Source: Myxococcota bacterium (GTDB taxonomy: Bacteria; Myxococcota; SpSt-1050). Taken from it: a DNA stretch of 40,776 nt. The stretch spans positions 1 through 40,776 of the forward strand of contig JBMFOP010000016.1 of the NCBI GenBank assembly GCA_049969675.1, read 5' to 3'. Below are positions 32,001 through 40,595 of this stretch, piece after piece. Positions within the stretch are counted from its first letter, which is position 1; each line of letters opens with the position of its first letter. The notes beneath the pieces were generated by a model that was given only the letters and a program-made list of their open reading frames with translations, did no database searches and was not told the origin of the DNA. The translations under genes and the position numbers were made by a program.

Positions 32001-35000
32001 AGAACCAGCTCTTTATAGAGTACAAAGGCCCCATCAGAATCATTCAAATAATTGAGTCTTATATCTGCCAGTTCCTTCTTTATAAATTTCATACTCTCTT
32101 CTGTCAGGATATTTGAGAGAGCATCCTCACAGACCATCGCAATCTGTTCCCATGTCTCTGTGGAATCAGATATCTCTACGAGTTTTTTCAACAGATGAGT
32201 ATTTTCATAATCCAATCCAAATGCCCTGAGATAGAACTCTGATGCCCTCTGCTTATCTCCCACCTCCAGAGATATCTCTGCCGCCTCAACAAGGTACTTT
32301 ATCTTCTCTGAAGAGCCCTCAACAAAGGATGCGAGCACCTCCAGAACCCTGAGCATAGCCGTCTTCTGACCATTCTCTTTAAGAACCGAAAGTAATAGAT
32401 TACCGGGTTTGAGTTTATCGGGGGCATTTTGCAATATGCTGTCCAGAATTACAACAGCCCTGCTACAATTCATATCGGAGGCGAGAACCGATTCTATTAT
32501 CTGTGTGGCTCCCTCATAATCTGATAATTTATCCTTCTTGATCTCTGCAAGATTCAGTTTGAGTTCCTTCCTGATATCATCATCCTCAGCAAATTCAATC
32601 CTCCTCTCATATGCCCTGGCAAGAATTCCATACTCATCCCCCCGCTCACAGAGGTCTCTGAGTCTCTCAAAAATCTCTCTATCCTGCGGGTTATTCTTAA
32701 AAAGCTCAAAGAGGACATCGGCGGCTCCTTTTATATCATTGAGATTCTTCTCTATCACATCTGACATTTCAAAATATATCTTTCTCTTTTCACCATCATC
32801 CTTTGCAAGTCTCAACTTCTGCTCATAAATCCCAATAAGCTCAGAGTACTGTCCTGCATCTCTCTGATAAACTTCCAGAAGATTTATATATTGCACAACA
32901 TCAGGTGCAAGCCTGTTTGCCTTCTTTGCATATTCAAGCGCCCTATTGATGTTGCCCAGTGCCGATTGTGAAAGTCGCGCCGCCCTTGCATAAAGAGCCG
33001 CCCTCACAGTGGCATCTATCCTCTCGTCCTCTGCTATCTCATCCAGCAATTCTATCATCTCCTCAAAGAGATTTAGCCTCAGTGATACATCTTCAAGCCT
33101 TTGCGCAATATCATCATACTCTGGCAACTCTCTAAGGGCTTTACACAGAGTAGAGAATAACAACTCCTGCTGATTCAATCTGTTCTCATAGATATCGGCG
33201 AGTTTGAAATACATACCCTTTCTGAAATTTTTATCAGAGGATAGGGGCAAAACCTTTACATAGAAGTTCGCCAGTAATCCCCACTCATTTTTTCCGGCAA
33301 AGGTAGATTCAACAAATTCAAAGATTGGCATAAAATTTGTGCCCTCAACCATAAATCCAATCAATTTTGAGAGCACTACCTCGGATACAATATTTGACTT
33401 GAGGGCCTCTTTATATGCCTCTATTGCATCGGCGTCTCTCTCAAGTTTATCCATATAGATATCACCGAGTTTTATGAATATCTGTGCCCTATCAACAGGT
33501 TCGTTTACAATCCTGAGCTGCTGAGAAAGTACATTTATGAGCGGTTCCCACATCATTGACTTTTCAAGAAGACGCTCAACCCTCTTCAAAATCTGCAGAT
33601 TAAATGGATCTATTTCAATGATCTGATTGAGGGCTGATATCGCCCTGACATCATCTTTGAGTTCAACCTCATATATCCTCGCTGTCTCCATCAGGTCCTT
33701 AATCTTTTCACCTTTATCTGCCTGCAGCATTGCCCTCCTGAAGAGAGATTCTGCGAGGACTGGATAGTCTGAACTCTCTATAGATAGGTTCACCAACCTG
33801 TTGAGAATATCAATATCATTTGAGGCATACAAACTTAAAATATTCAATGTGGTTTTTAGACCATTTATGTCATTTAATTTCTTTTCATAAATATCAGCCG
33901 CATACCTCAATATCATCAATCTGATATCAGGTGGACAACTCTTATCCACCGCCTTTTCAATAAATACCCTTGCCAGCTCCTCCTCTCCCCTTACCTCCTC
34001 TGCCATTCTGATAAGCGTTTCAATATTCTCTCTGTCAGCGATAAACTCCTTAAGCAACCTGATTCTTGTATTAAATGCAAGGTCTTTATGATTGAGTTGC
34101 TTCTCATATAACTCAGATAGTTCTTTCAGATCAGTTACACGCTTATGAATATCTGTCTCTGCCTTTATTTCTGCCTCTAACAACTTGATTAATGTCTGAT
34201 AATCGCCAGTCTTTAATAGATAAGGTTTATATATGGCAGATATCTTATCATACAACAATCCTCTGTCGGCAAATACCCCGAGCAGGCGATATATACCCTC
34301 ATTTGACTCGTCTGATTTATATACATCAAGTATCAATGAAAGGGCATCCTCAGGCGAATCCATATCCATAAGGAGAACCTCTGAGAGCTCCAGCCTCTTC
34401 CGATTCTTGTCGTTTATATGTAACGCCGAATTAATCTCATCAAGAAGGAGTTTCTTGTATTCATCTATATTTTTCACCCTCTTATATAGCTGCTTTAGTT
34501 TGGTTCGTGCCGAATCATCAGTGGGGTCACTCTCAAGAATCTCTTTATAAATCTCTATAGCAGATATATAGTCTTGCCTCCTCTCCTCCTTTATGAGAGC
34601 CAGCTTCTTTAATGCGGCGATTCTATCTGACAATCTATTTGAGAGTTCAATCTCCTTCCTGATTGCGGATTCTATATCATCTATTGCCTGAGTTGCCATT
34701 GCTATAGAAGAGAGTATCCTCGCCGTCTCAATATCCTCCGGGTCAATTGAAAGAATGAGCTTATACAATCTGACCGCATTTTCAATATCATTCAGATTTT
34801 TGTGCAATATTGAGGCAATCTTCTTATAAAGGGGCAGGAGTAAAGATTGAATTTTTTCATCCTGTGCGACCTCATCCACATAGGGGAGGATAGCCTCAAT
34901 TATATTCTGTGGAGGAATTCCCTTTGAGATAAATTCGTCGATAAAGCTTATTATCATCCTATTGTCTGGCTCAAGCCTGACAAGTGCCACAAATGACCTG

Positions 35001-36583
35001 AACGCACTCTGAATATTCCCCTTTGCAAGATACAGTTCAATAGATTTTAAGAGCGAGTCTATCTTCTCTCTCCTGTCTACTGCAAAGAATGCCCTATAGT
35101 AAAACATATCTGCTATCTCAGATAGCAGATTAGCCTTCTGGGCGATACCAATAATTGAATTAATCAGAGATGGCTCTGGTCCTGAAATCCTCAGGACCTC
35201 AAGATAGTTTAGATATGCATCCGCATAATTATCAACTGTCTCACAGAGTCGTGCTACTGTCTCAAGATATCTGACCTTCTGTTCATCACTCTTTATAAGA
35301 GTAGCACATCTATTTAAGAGTTTGATTGCAAAATTGTAATCTCCCCTCTCTATACTTAACTCCGCCACAAGACCATTCAGGAATAATACATCTGGATTTT
35401 CATTCTGGATACTCCTCAACAGGTCCATCATCTGTTCAAGCTCACTGACCGAGTTGTTTATAAATAGAATAGAGATAAGGATAAAATCTATCTTTGAGGA
35501 GACTATCTTCAGATTTGCAATCTCTCTGTTGACAAACTCAAAGAAGCTCATCTTCTTAAAACGTTGACAGAATTCACTCGCGAGCTTTAAGCCCTGATAT
35601 GAGACCGGATTTAATGATATTGCCTTTTCAAGATTCTCCTCAATCTCGTTTATATGGCTCTCCCCGAGATAGTTCATCAGCAAATATACAATATTTAAGT
35701 AGATTCTTGCAGAGGCTGCCCTATCCTTCTGTTCAATCGCCAGCGCCTTCAGGTTTGAGAGTGCTGTTTGAGGATTATTCTCTATATCAGAAATTATGCT
35801 CTGAAATTTTTTGACACTTCTGGATTCTGGATTGTAAAGCATTAGCTTTTCAAGTACCTGCTTGTTCAGATTCAAATAGAGTGGTAATTCCGCTGTCTTC
35901 GTAAGAAAGTCTTTGAGCTTATTTGAATACAATTGTTTGTCTTCAAGGAGCGATTCTTCAAAAAGCAGAATTCTATATAGAGTCTCATACATAGCAAGCT
36001 CCATTGTCAGAACCTCTGCCTTTTCAAGTGCGATAATGCTTTTATGTCTGATTCCACCCAGCATATAGTAATTGAGAGCCTCTATCTTGCTCGTCTTGAT
36101 AGACCTCTCTGCAAGCTCCTGAATCTCCTTGATATCCTGAGCAAAGAGGGCATAATTCAGACTCATCAATCTTGCCATATTGGGCCGTCTTCTCTTCTCA
36201 AAATACTCCTTAAGCACATTCAGAATTGCTGAATCAATCCCACCGTGTGAATTCAGATAATAAACGGCAACCATTAATAAGTTTGGGTCACTTATCTCCT
36301 GCCTTGTTGAAATATCAACTATATATCTGGATATCTTTAATCTATCTTCATTACTATCAGTTATCAAAAAAAGGAGGGAGAGATAATCAATTGCCTCATC
36401 ATACTTTCTATCCAATAGCAATTTATTAATCCGTGATTCATCAAAAATAATCATATTGCTTTTACTCTGCCCGGGAAGGTCTGAGATATCATCCACACCT
36501 TCACTGGATTCAGAATTAAGTTGATTGATTAATTCCACCTTGTTTGATTCATTCTTTTTACGATTTTTATTCTTCTTAGCCAT
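26084..36583 (-). CDS. Giant TPR-repeat protein (3499 aa), AgmK/GltI-like
   Basis: Dozens of helical TPR units (e.g. ILELKPDHRLAIRSLEKLYE); C-terminal NPPALILG and YMDLRDKLGL typical of myxobacterial giant TPR proteins; directly upstream of the agmX-like gene. Confidence 0.78.
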   Translation of the reverse strand: MAKKNKNRKKNESNKVELINQLNSESSEGVDDISDLPGQSKSNMIIFDESRINKLLLDRKYDEAIDYLSLLFLITDSNEDRLKISRYIVDISTRQEISDPNLLMVAVYYLNSHGGIDSAILNVLKEYFEKRRRPNMARLMSLNYALFAQDIKEIQELAERSIKTSKIEALNYYMLGGIRHKSIIALEKAEVLTMELAMYETLYRILLFEESLLEDKQLYSNKLKDFLTKTAELPLYLNLNKQVLEKLMLYNPESRSVKKFQSIISDIENNPQTALSNLKALAIEQKDRAASARIYLNIVYLLMNYLGESHINEIEENLEKAISLNPVSYQGLKLASEFCQRFKKMSFFEFVNREIANLKIVSSKIDFILISILFINNSVSELEQMMDLLRSIQNENPDVLFLNGLVAELSIERGDYNFAIKLLNRCATLIKSDEQKVRYLETVARLCETVDNYADAYLNYLEVLRISGPEPSLINSIIGIAQKANLLSEIADMFYYRAFFAVDRREKIDSLLKSIELYLAKGNIQSAFRSFVALVRLEPDNRMIISFIDEFISKGIPPQNIIEAILPYVDEVAQDEKIQSLLLPLYKKIASILHKNLNDIENAVRLYKLILSIDPEDIETARILSSIAMATQAIDDIESAIRKEIELSNRLSDRIAALKKLALIKEERRQDYISAIEIYKEILESDPTDDSARTKLKQLYKRVKNIDEYKKLLLDEINSALHINDKNRKRLELSEVLLMDMDSPEDALSLILDVYKSDESNEGIYRLLGVFADRGLLYDKISAIYKPYLLKTGDYQTLIKLLEAEIKAETDIHKRVTDLKELSELYEKQLNHKDLAFNTRIRLLKEFIADRENIETLIRMAEEVRGEEELARVFIEKAVDKSCPPDIRLMILRYAADIYEKKLNDINGLKTTLNILSLYASNDIDILNRLVNLSIESSDYPVLAESLFRRAMLQADKGEKIKDLMETARIYEVELKDDVRAISALNQIIEIDPFNLQILKRVERLLEKSMMWEPLINVLSQQLRIVNEPVDRAQIFIKLGDIYMDKLERDADAIEAYKEALKSNIVSEVVLSKLIGFMVEGTNFMPIFEFVESTFAGKNEWGLLANFYVKVLPLSSDKNFRKGMYFKLADIYENRLNQQELLFSTLCKALRELPEYDDIAQRLEDVSLRLNLFEEMIELLDEIAEDERIDATVRAALYARAARLSQSALGNINRALEYAKKANRLAPDVVQYINLLEVYQRDAGQYSELIGIYEQKLRLAKDDGEKRKIYFEMSDVIEKNLNDIKGAADVLFELFKNNPQDREIFERLRDLCERGDEYGILARAYERRIEFAEDDDIRKELKLNLAEIKKDKLSDYEGATQIIESVLASDMNCSRAVVILDSILQNAPDKLKPGNLLLSVLKENGQKTAMLRVLEVLASFVEGSSEKIKYLVEAAEISLEVGDKQRASEFYLRAFGLDYENTHLLKKLVEISDSTETWEQIAMVCEDALSNILTEESMKFIKKELADIRLNYLNDSDGAFVLYKELVLEDMSEMDMVDILSALESKYREVEDKEGLLGVLKRRLKYVEDNKEKINLLMEISDIQIDNMGRLDTGFETLKQIVELDAENEYALKRIVEIASGLGRWQELLDALTKLIQIVNDETELSEYKFELGLLYEERMNDVKTAFLYYNESLKHNRDNSLLFRHLSELFGKGKYIVDVVPLLVEIYLSKNDFENAVSIYEKASKMNVEKSVRYEYMKRVAEIYRNDMQQPEMAFLSIVKLLREFPEQIEIFSELEEIAREIGSFEEVVATLEEIYINAKSKTVRMEYARKLGQIYEEEIKDQEQAMTYFEEVFANNPEDEMALASLDRIYRLKGEWEKLTSVIEAEIKASKDEEDRINLIFRLAKVLEEKLSDAKGAVVCYNRILELKPDHRLAIRSLEKLYETLKDFGNLKKILEKALELETDEEEKIRIKTRIASVLGSKMGESDKSIEIFKEVFESDNSNDEAFEALERFYIETKNYKDLVTLYRKYIDAIVDKSKSVPFRIRLAEVLINNLSDLNGAKLVLNEALAIEPQNNKLLVLLRSVYQSTGEFVEEAAIIKRLIPLQDDPQKLKEYRLELMELLGNKLGRREEAIEISRRVLDIEPHTLEELNRIASILRALFAYEELIPVLQIMVDMVEENEKFVIYKEMANIYLENLNDERLSLVNFEKAFEINSIDPEVFEKLINLIRNSRKITKLPSLYEKRIQAEEDKEIRKGLLRSLAEIYENETDDIEMAFLTWCRVLKEDYSDREVLSKVESLAEKTELFEELYAVYEEAIDSISDNELLEYFKRKQAELSINKLGEKGDAERHYKELIELNPNNIEAYHRLQEIYEQDGRYLDLIDMVDREIQISDDTEKKIELYLRIADIYYNNISNPDEASSILKKALILDGSNKKLLLKMIEFYEKTERYEDLVQSLKRMIDNSSPPEQIEYYLRLGEVYEKNLRLDDKAIEAYLSILDLDAQNIKGLKALENIYQRLNMNEELVGIYESEISFLTEPAEIIDIHYKAGTIYEDILSDYTKAIEHYNAVLDIDPSDINAIKSLERCYQVEQNFEYLVDSYKRHLELTDDPDEKVDILLKMASVSRDNLKRADFAETYYTQVLKYDPNNPEAIHNLAELYEKSGNWFNAVEMLRREADASGQTPEAVQIYFRLGKIHEEMLLDLESAKESYKKAIEIDPSYIEAVRALRGIYGSEKSLNQYLDMMKHEAQYISDPEEKKRLYFEIGKIYEEEKNDIEQAKHYYEEALKIDFGYVAVAKILADIYFREENWQRAESCLEVVVKDMEKTGDKKEVARQYYRLGYIAEKLNDLQKAIRHYQAAYDLDPSYLPVMESLAIGYSQLEEWDKASAIYQNMIVKQKDVLSDAELVDIYYQVGEIERRLGNLEKAISFLKKGYDIDDRHTKILTLLKEIYAEREEWDDVYDMYLQLIVVAPEEERFDMYMELGSICKEKLSDPFRAIDSYSGALRCAKMSEQKQKAMEQLFPLYIDARQPQKASTILKELCQIEKDKEKLKNYYLKLAELNRKTLTNLDEAVQYYNKVLDIDPNYAQAFAEIEKILADRRDWKGLEEAYRSMIQRTPKEQKGRRLILWKTLADLYYRALRNPEAAIMAYEVVAGLDKDNAEVLDMLAELYSSKEKYREKAIKTYHQLIKVTTNPVKVCKALKRLYIATKQYDRVYIICNVLKFLKQADAEDERIISQLRTKLKDVSARSLTESLWEGAILHEQAKGVISSIFAAVLKKYPEIFFVPPETYGLKKADYIDINTSQLFVASMLRYVKGVLNIPSIQAYKGPPGSAGIRLVATNPPALILGEDMFKERSKKEIWLLLAREMTLIRPEFLVLASKPPEHLDAILNAILAVVNPNALLDGNPVLNQEYARLFAPKMTPDNLLVFKALASRFYNEKVRPRVEDYKEGVELSSIRAGVAITQDFEFALQMIQKIPPRVYRIPQRTLLREIVIYYMSEEYMDLRDKLGLSVSL

Positions 36584-36677
36584 AATAACCCTCTACATTA
36601 TTTGGGAAGACAATATATATTAAATATTTTTTATGTTTGCAAGCAATAAGGATACAACACTATTAAATATTATGCCC

Positions 36678-36842
36678 CACAAATGTCCAGAATAATTTTT
36701 TTGATATCAAAGCCTCGGCAGGTTAAGATTAATTTGTCAAACAAAGACCAGAAATGAGGCTTCCAATGAATAAACACGCCGTCATTTCTGACACCCCTCT
36801 ACAAGAGGGGAAAGCAGCATTTTTGGACAAATCTATGATTGG
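36678..36842 (+). repeat. Diverged direct repeat, copy 1 (left of ars cassette)
   Basis: Aligns to 40596-40726 through TGTCCARAATAATTTTTT, CTCGGCAGG, TTTGTCAA and exact ACAAATCTATGATTGG; contains hairpin CCCCTCT-ACA-AGAGGGG (36794-36810). Confidence 0.8.
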
Positions 36843-37025
36843 CACACCAAAATTCTACAGATGTTTTCAAAGGATGAGTTTTATAAGGTGGTGGGAGATA
36901 TAAGGGCGGAGAGCTGAATAGAGAGATTTAACTCTTAGAGTAATTTGTAGCAATGTTATCCTATCAATTTGGACTGGCTCAATAAACCATATAAGACCTT
37001 ACCTGTTGTGCCAGATGTAGCCATT

Positions 37026-37053
37026 GTAGGGGCTAATTATTATTAGCCCTTAC
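37026..37053. repeat. GTAG-type REP-like palindrome
   Basis: GTAGGGGCTAAT-TATT-ATTAGCCCTTAC, 12-bp arms with one G-T mismatch. Confidence 0.65.
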
Positions 37054-37447
37054 TTAAGTTGGACAGCATTTTAATTGATGTTGAAGAATGGGGATAGCCT
37101 TATGGATTTACCCGTCCAAACCTTTATTTTACAAATAGTAGATTGTTTTGGGCAGATGTAATCTGATAATTAAATGGATACAAATATTATTGGGGGAAGA
37201 TGTTGCAGATGTGGATTAATACTGGCTAAATATCATTGAGACATCTGGTGTAAGATTGATGTGTAGTATTTTTACTTCAAATGTGTGATGTGGATAGAAG
37301 TATGATACTCCCCAAACAGTTGCTTAAAACGAGGATTTGAGATCAGCATAATGAGATCATCATAGATTGATGTGTACATAATATAGTAAATTATTAACTC
37401 AAATTGTCATTAACAAATATAAGTCAGTATATTAATAATTACAGAAG

Positions 37448-37481
37448 TAAATATTTCAGATATTTAAATATTTCAGATACT
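37448..37481 (+). repeat. 17-bp tandem duplication upstream of the arsR promoter
   Basis: TAAATATTTCAGATATT / TAAATATTTCAGATACT. Confidence 0.8.
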
Positions 37482-37487
37482 TTAATC

Positions 37488-37525
37488 TTGACAAAGTTTG
37501 GCTATTTGGTTGTATTGCCAAATAG
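37488..37525 (+). promoter_or_regulatory. arsR promoter (-35 TTGACA) with putative ArsR operator palindrome
   Basis: TTGACA at 37488-37493; perfect inverted repeat CTATTTGG-N8-CCAAATAG at 37502-37525 covering the expected -10; -10 itself is non-consensus. Confidence 0.72.
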
Positions 37526-37536
37526 TTGAGGACTTT

Positions 37537-37866
37537 ATGGATAAGAGACTCAATAAGATATATGAGACGAGAGCCAGGATTCTAAAGGCTATGGCACATC
37601 CGAGCCGACTCTTTATAATAGATAGCCTTGCTCAAAGGGATTATTGTGTCTATGAGCTCACCAGATTGATAGGCTCAGATATCTCAACCGTCTCAAAGCA
37701 TCTCTCAATATTGAAAAATGTCGGGATAGTATCAATAAAGAAAGATAAGAATAATGTCTATTATCACCTTAAGTGCAGTTGTGTTACGAAATATTTTATG
37801 TGTATTGATGGTGTGATAAAAAGCAATATAGAATTTCATAATCAACTTTCAAAGTCTATCAAATAA
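37537..37866 (+). CDS. arsR: ArsR/SmtB family transcriptional repressor
   Basis: LKAMAHPSRL, CVYEL, STVSKHLSILKNVG, VYYHL; SD GAGGA before ATG 37537. Confidence 0.9.
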   Translation: MDKRLNKIYETRARILKAMAHPSRLFIIDSLAQRDYCVYELTRLIGSDISTVSKHLSILKNVGIVSIKKDKNNVYYHLKCSCVTKYFMCIDGVIKSNIEFHNQLSKSIK

Positions 37867-37884
37867 TTAAAAAAGGAGGTATAG

Positions 37885-38148
37885 ATGAAAATTCAGATTT
37901 TAGGAACAGGTTGTCCAAAGTGTAAGAGACTTGAGGAGCTGGCAAGGCAGGTGGCAGATAATCTGGGCATTCAATATGAGATAGAAAAGATAGATAAGGT
38001 CAATGACATTCTAAGGATGGGAGTGATGATGACTCCTGGCCTTGCCATTGATGGGAAGGTTTTAATGTCTGGTAGACTCCCTTCTCTTACAGAACTCACC
38101 TCTATGATAACTACCTATCTGTCAAAATTGGAAGAGGGAGGGAAGTAG
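37885..38148 (+). CDS. Small redox-active disulfide protein (thioredoxin-like)
   Basis: [23 protein letters not shown]. Confidence 0.9.
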   Translation: MKIQILGTGCPKCKRLEELARQVADNLGIQYEIEKIDKVNDILRMGVMMTPGLAIDGKVLMSGRLPSLTELTSMITTYLSKLEEGGK

Positions 38149-38149
38149 T

Positions 38150-39205
38150 ATGGCGGACAATAATATTGCTAAGAGATTATCCTTTCTGGATAGATTCCTG
38201 ACTATCTGGATCTTACTGGCGATGGTTTCTGGTGTATTGTTGGGATACTTCTATCCATCCATAGTTGATTTACTCAATAGTATGAGTGTGGGGACTACAA
38301 ATATACCTATTGCAATTGGGCTTATACTTATGATGTATCCTCCACTTGCAAAGGTAAGATATGAGGAACTTCCAAAGGTCTTTTCAAATGTAAGAGTATT
38401 ATCTCTTTCATTGATAATGAACTGGATTGTTGGTCCACTTGTGATGTTCTTTCTGGCAATTATACTACTTCCATCTTTTACTGGTTATATGGTTGGCATC
38501 ATTCTGGTGGGATTGGCGAGATGTATTGCTATGGTGCTTGTGTGGAATCACCTTGCTGACGGGGATGCAGAGTACGCAGCTGGGTTAGTAGCATTTAATG
38601 CTATATTTCAGGTACTTTTATATTCTGTTTATGCTTATATTTTTCTCACATTATTGCTGCCAGTCTTTGGCTTCAGTGGGGTTGTGGTAAATGTGACAAT
38701 CGGTGAGATAGCAAAGACAGTATTTATCTACCTTGGAATTCCGTTTATTGCAGGGATTCTTACCCGTTATATGCTCATTAGGGTAAAGGATAAGGAGTGG
38801 TATCACAATATGTTTATTCCCAAAATCAGTTATATCACTCTCATTGCATTGCTCTTCACGATAGTGGTTATGTTCTCCTTAAAAGGTGAATATATCGTTC
38901 AGATACCACTTGATGTTATAAGGGTAGCAATTCCACTGTCGTTATATTTCTTGATTATGTTTCTTGTTACCTTCTTCTTTGCAAAGAGGATTGGCGCTTC
39001 GTATCCCCAGAGTGCAACTGTATCACTTACCGCAGCAAGTAATGACTTTGAACTGGCGATAGCAGTAGCCATTGCCATATTCGGGATCCATTCAAAGGAG
39101 GCTTTTGCAACAGTAATAGGTCCACTTGTGGAGGTGCCAGTCCTTCTTGGTCTCGTAAAATTATCGCTTTATTTTAAGAGGAGATTTTTTGAGGTAAAAC
39201 AATAG
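38150..39205 (+). CDS. acr3: Acr3 family arsenite efflux transporter
   Basis: [57 protein letters not shown]. Confidence 0.95.
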   Translation: MADNNIAKRLSFLDRFLTIWILLAMVSGVLLGYFYPSIVDLLNSMSVGTTNIPIAIGLILMMYPPLAKVRYEELPKVFSNVRVLSLSLIMNWIVGPLVMFFLAIILLPSFTGYMVGIILVGLARCIAMVLVWNHLADGDAEYAAGLVAFNAIFQVLLYSVYAYIFLTLLLPVFGFSGVVVNVTIGEIAKTVFIYLGIPFIAGILTRYMLIRVKDKEWYHNMFIPKISYITLIALLFTIVVMFSLKGEYIVQIPLDVIRVAIPLSLYFLIMFLVTFFFAKRIGASYPQSATVSLTAASNDFELAIAVAIAIFGIHSKEAFATVIGPLVEVPVLLGLVKLSLYFKRRFFEVKQ

Positions 39206-39212
39206 AAAGTGA

Positions 39213-39914
39213 GTGAAATTTATGGAAATAAGGCTTTTATATTTTGAAGGTTGTCCGGGTTTTAAAAGGGCAGAGAATATATTAAGAGATGTTGTTAATT
39301 CTATGGGAGTAGAAGTGGATATTGATCTGGTAGATGTCAATAAAGGAGAAGTTGAGAAGATAAAGAATTTTCTGGGTTCACCCACCATACTTATAAATGG
39401 AGATGATATTGAAGGGAAGAGAACAGATGAGCCAGTAATGAGTTGCAGACTTTATGGATTCAAACCCTATCCCGAGAGGTATCTCATTGAGGCAGCAGTC
39501 CTTAGGGCTCTCAATCCGAAGAAGATATTGTTTATGTGTGTGCATAACTCAGCCCGCTCAATACTTGCAGAGGCTATTGCAAGGCACCTTGCCCCATCAG
39601 GTGTTGAGATTCTCTCTGCAGGTTCAAATCCATCTGGAGTGAAGGAAGAGGCAATTGCTGTATTAAAGGAGCTCTCTATCCCTATAGAAGGTCTATATTC
39701 AAAATCGGTAAATGACATTGATGCAAGAGGTGTGAATGCAGTTATTACATTGTGTGCAGAGGAGGTCTGTCCGGTCTTTCTGGGTAAGGCGATAAGGCTC
39801 CATTGGGGACTGAATGACCCTTCTTTGGTAGTGGATAAGAATGAACGGATAGAGGCATTCAGGAGGACAAGGGATGAATTGATTAAGAGGCTGCAATTCT
39901 TATTTATGAGGTGA
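39213..39914 (+). CDS. arsC: Fusion of a thioredoxin-fold domain with an LMWP-type arsenate reductase
   Basis: N-terminal LLYFEGCP..FLGSPTILING..SCRLY; C-terminal ILFMCVHNSARS, SAGS, VITLC..VCP, HWGLNDP; start GTG 39213 or ATG 39222. Confidence 0.82.
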   Translation: MKFMEIRLLYFEGCPGFKRAENILRDVVNSMGVEVDIDLVDVNKGEVEKIKNFLGSPTILINGDDIEGKRTDEPVMSCRLYGFKPYPERYLIEAAVLRALNPKKILFMCVHNSARSILAEAIARHLAPSGVEILSAGSNPSGVKEEAIAVLKELSIPIEGLYSKSVNDIDARGVNAVITLCAEEVCPVFLGKAIRLHWGLNDPSLVVDKNERIEAFRRTRDELIKRLQFLFMR

Positions 39915-39918
39915 TTTT

Positions 39919-40580
39919 ATGAGCGATAAAAAAATATTTATTATATTTATAGTACTTTTTACACTTTTCTGGTTTTTACCGGTTGAGAGTCAGAGATTTC
40001 AGGGCGCATTGATTGAGGCTTTTGCGCTCACAAAGTGGTATGTGAGAGAGCATGTGATTCTCTGTCTGATTCCAGCCTTCTTTATTGCAGGTGCAATATC
40101 TGTCTTTGTTTCGCAGAATTCAGTGATGAGGTATCTCGGTGCAAAGGCAAACAGGGTTCTGTCATATGGAGTGGCTTCAGTCTCAGGCTCAATTCTTGCA
40201 GTCTGTTCCTGTACCGTGCTTCCACTCTTCGCAGGGATCTATAAGAGAGGGGCGGGGCTTGGACCTGCGATCGCATTTCTGTATTCTGGACCCGCAATCA
40301 ATGTCCTCGCCATAATACTTACTTTGCAAATTTCTTTGCGTCTATAGTCGGCGCATTTATGTATTTTGCCACACTCACAGAAGTACCGATTGTCCAGACA
40401 CTAATTGGTGCAGGGATGGGGAAGGGGCCGGCACTTGCACTTCTTCTATCCGGCCCGGCTCTATCTTTACCAAGTATGCTTGTCATAAATAGTGTGCTTG
40501 GAGCAAAAAAGACCGTTGCTTATGTAACTCTTGTAATTGTATTTTCCACACTGACTGGTTTATTATACGGTAGTCTGTAA
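39919..40580 (+). pseudogene. ArsP/DUF318-type permease with internal deletion and frameshift
   Basis: N-part LAVCSCTVLPLFAG..GPAINVLAIILT joins out of frame at ~40323 to C-part FANFFASIVGAFMYFATLTEVP..GPALSLPSM. Confidence 0.8.
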
Positions 40581-40595
40581 AGATTTATAAAAAAT

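Noticed and set aside
17919..36429. Alternative ORFs overlapping the kinase, agmX-like and giant TPR genes (e.g. 24082-24651, 18860-19255)
   Set aside because: Ser/Phe/Leu-rich reverse-complement products of E/K-rich coding sequence; no independent signals.
36584..37480. Possible CRISPR array, tRNA or riboswitch in the ~950-bp gap
   Set aside because: No regularly spaced identical repeats, cloverleaf or recognisable aptamer consensus. A covariance-model search would be needed to exclude ncRNA fully.
37498..37536. Longer TTG-started N-terminus for ArsR (similar extensions in the ORF track for rplE, rplF, rplR, rplO, adk, infA)
   Set aside because: Downstream starts have proper SD spacing and match family N-termini; the ArsR extension overlaps the promoter/operator.
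40321..40358. Programmed frameshift or stop read-through in the permease
   Set aside because: No slippery heptamer is evident and the central part of the protein appears to be missing, so recoding would not restore it.
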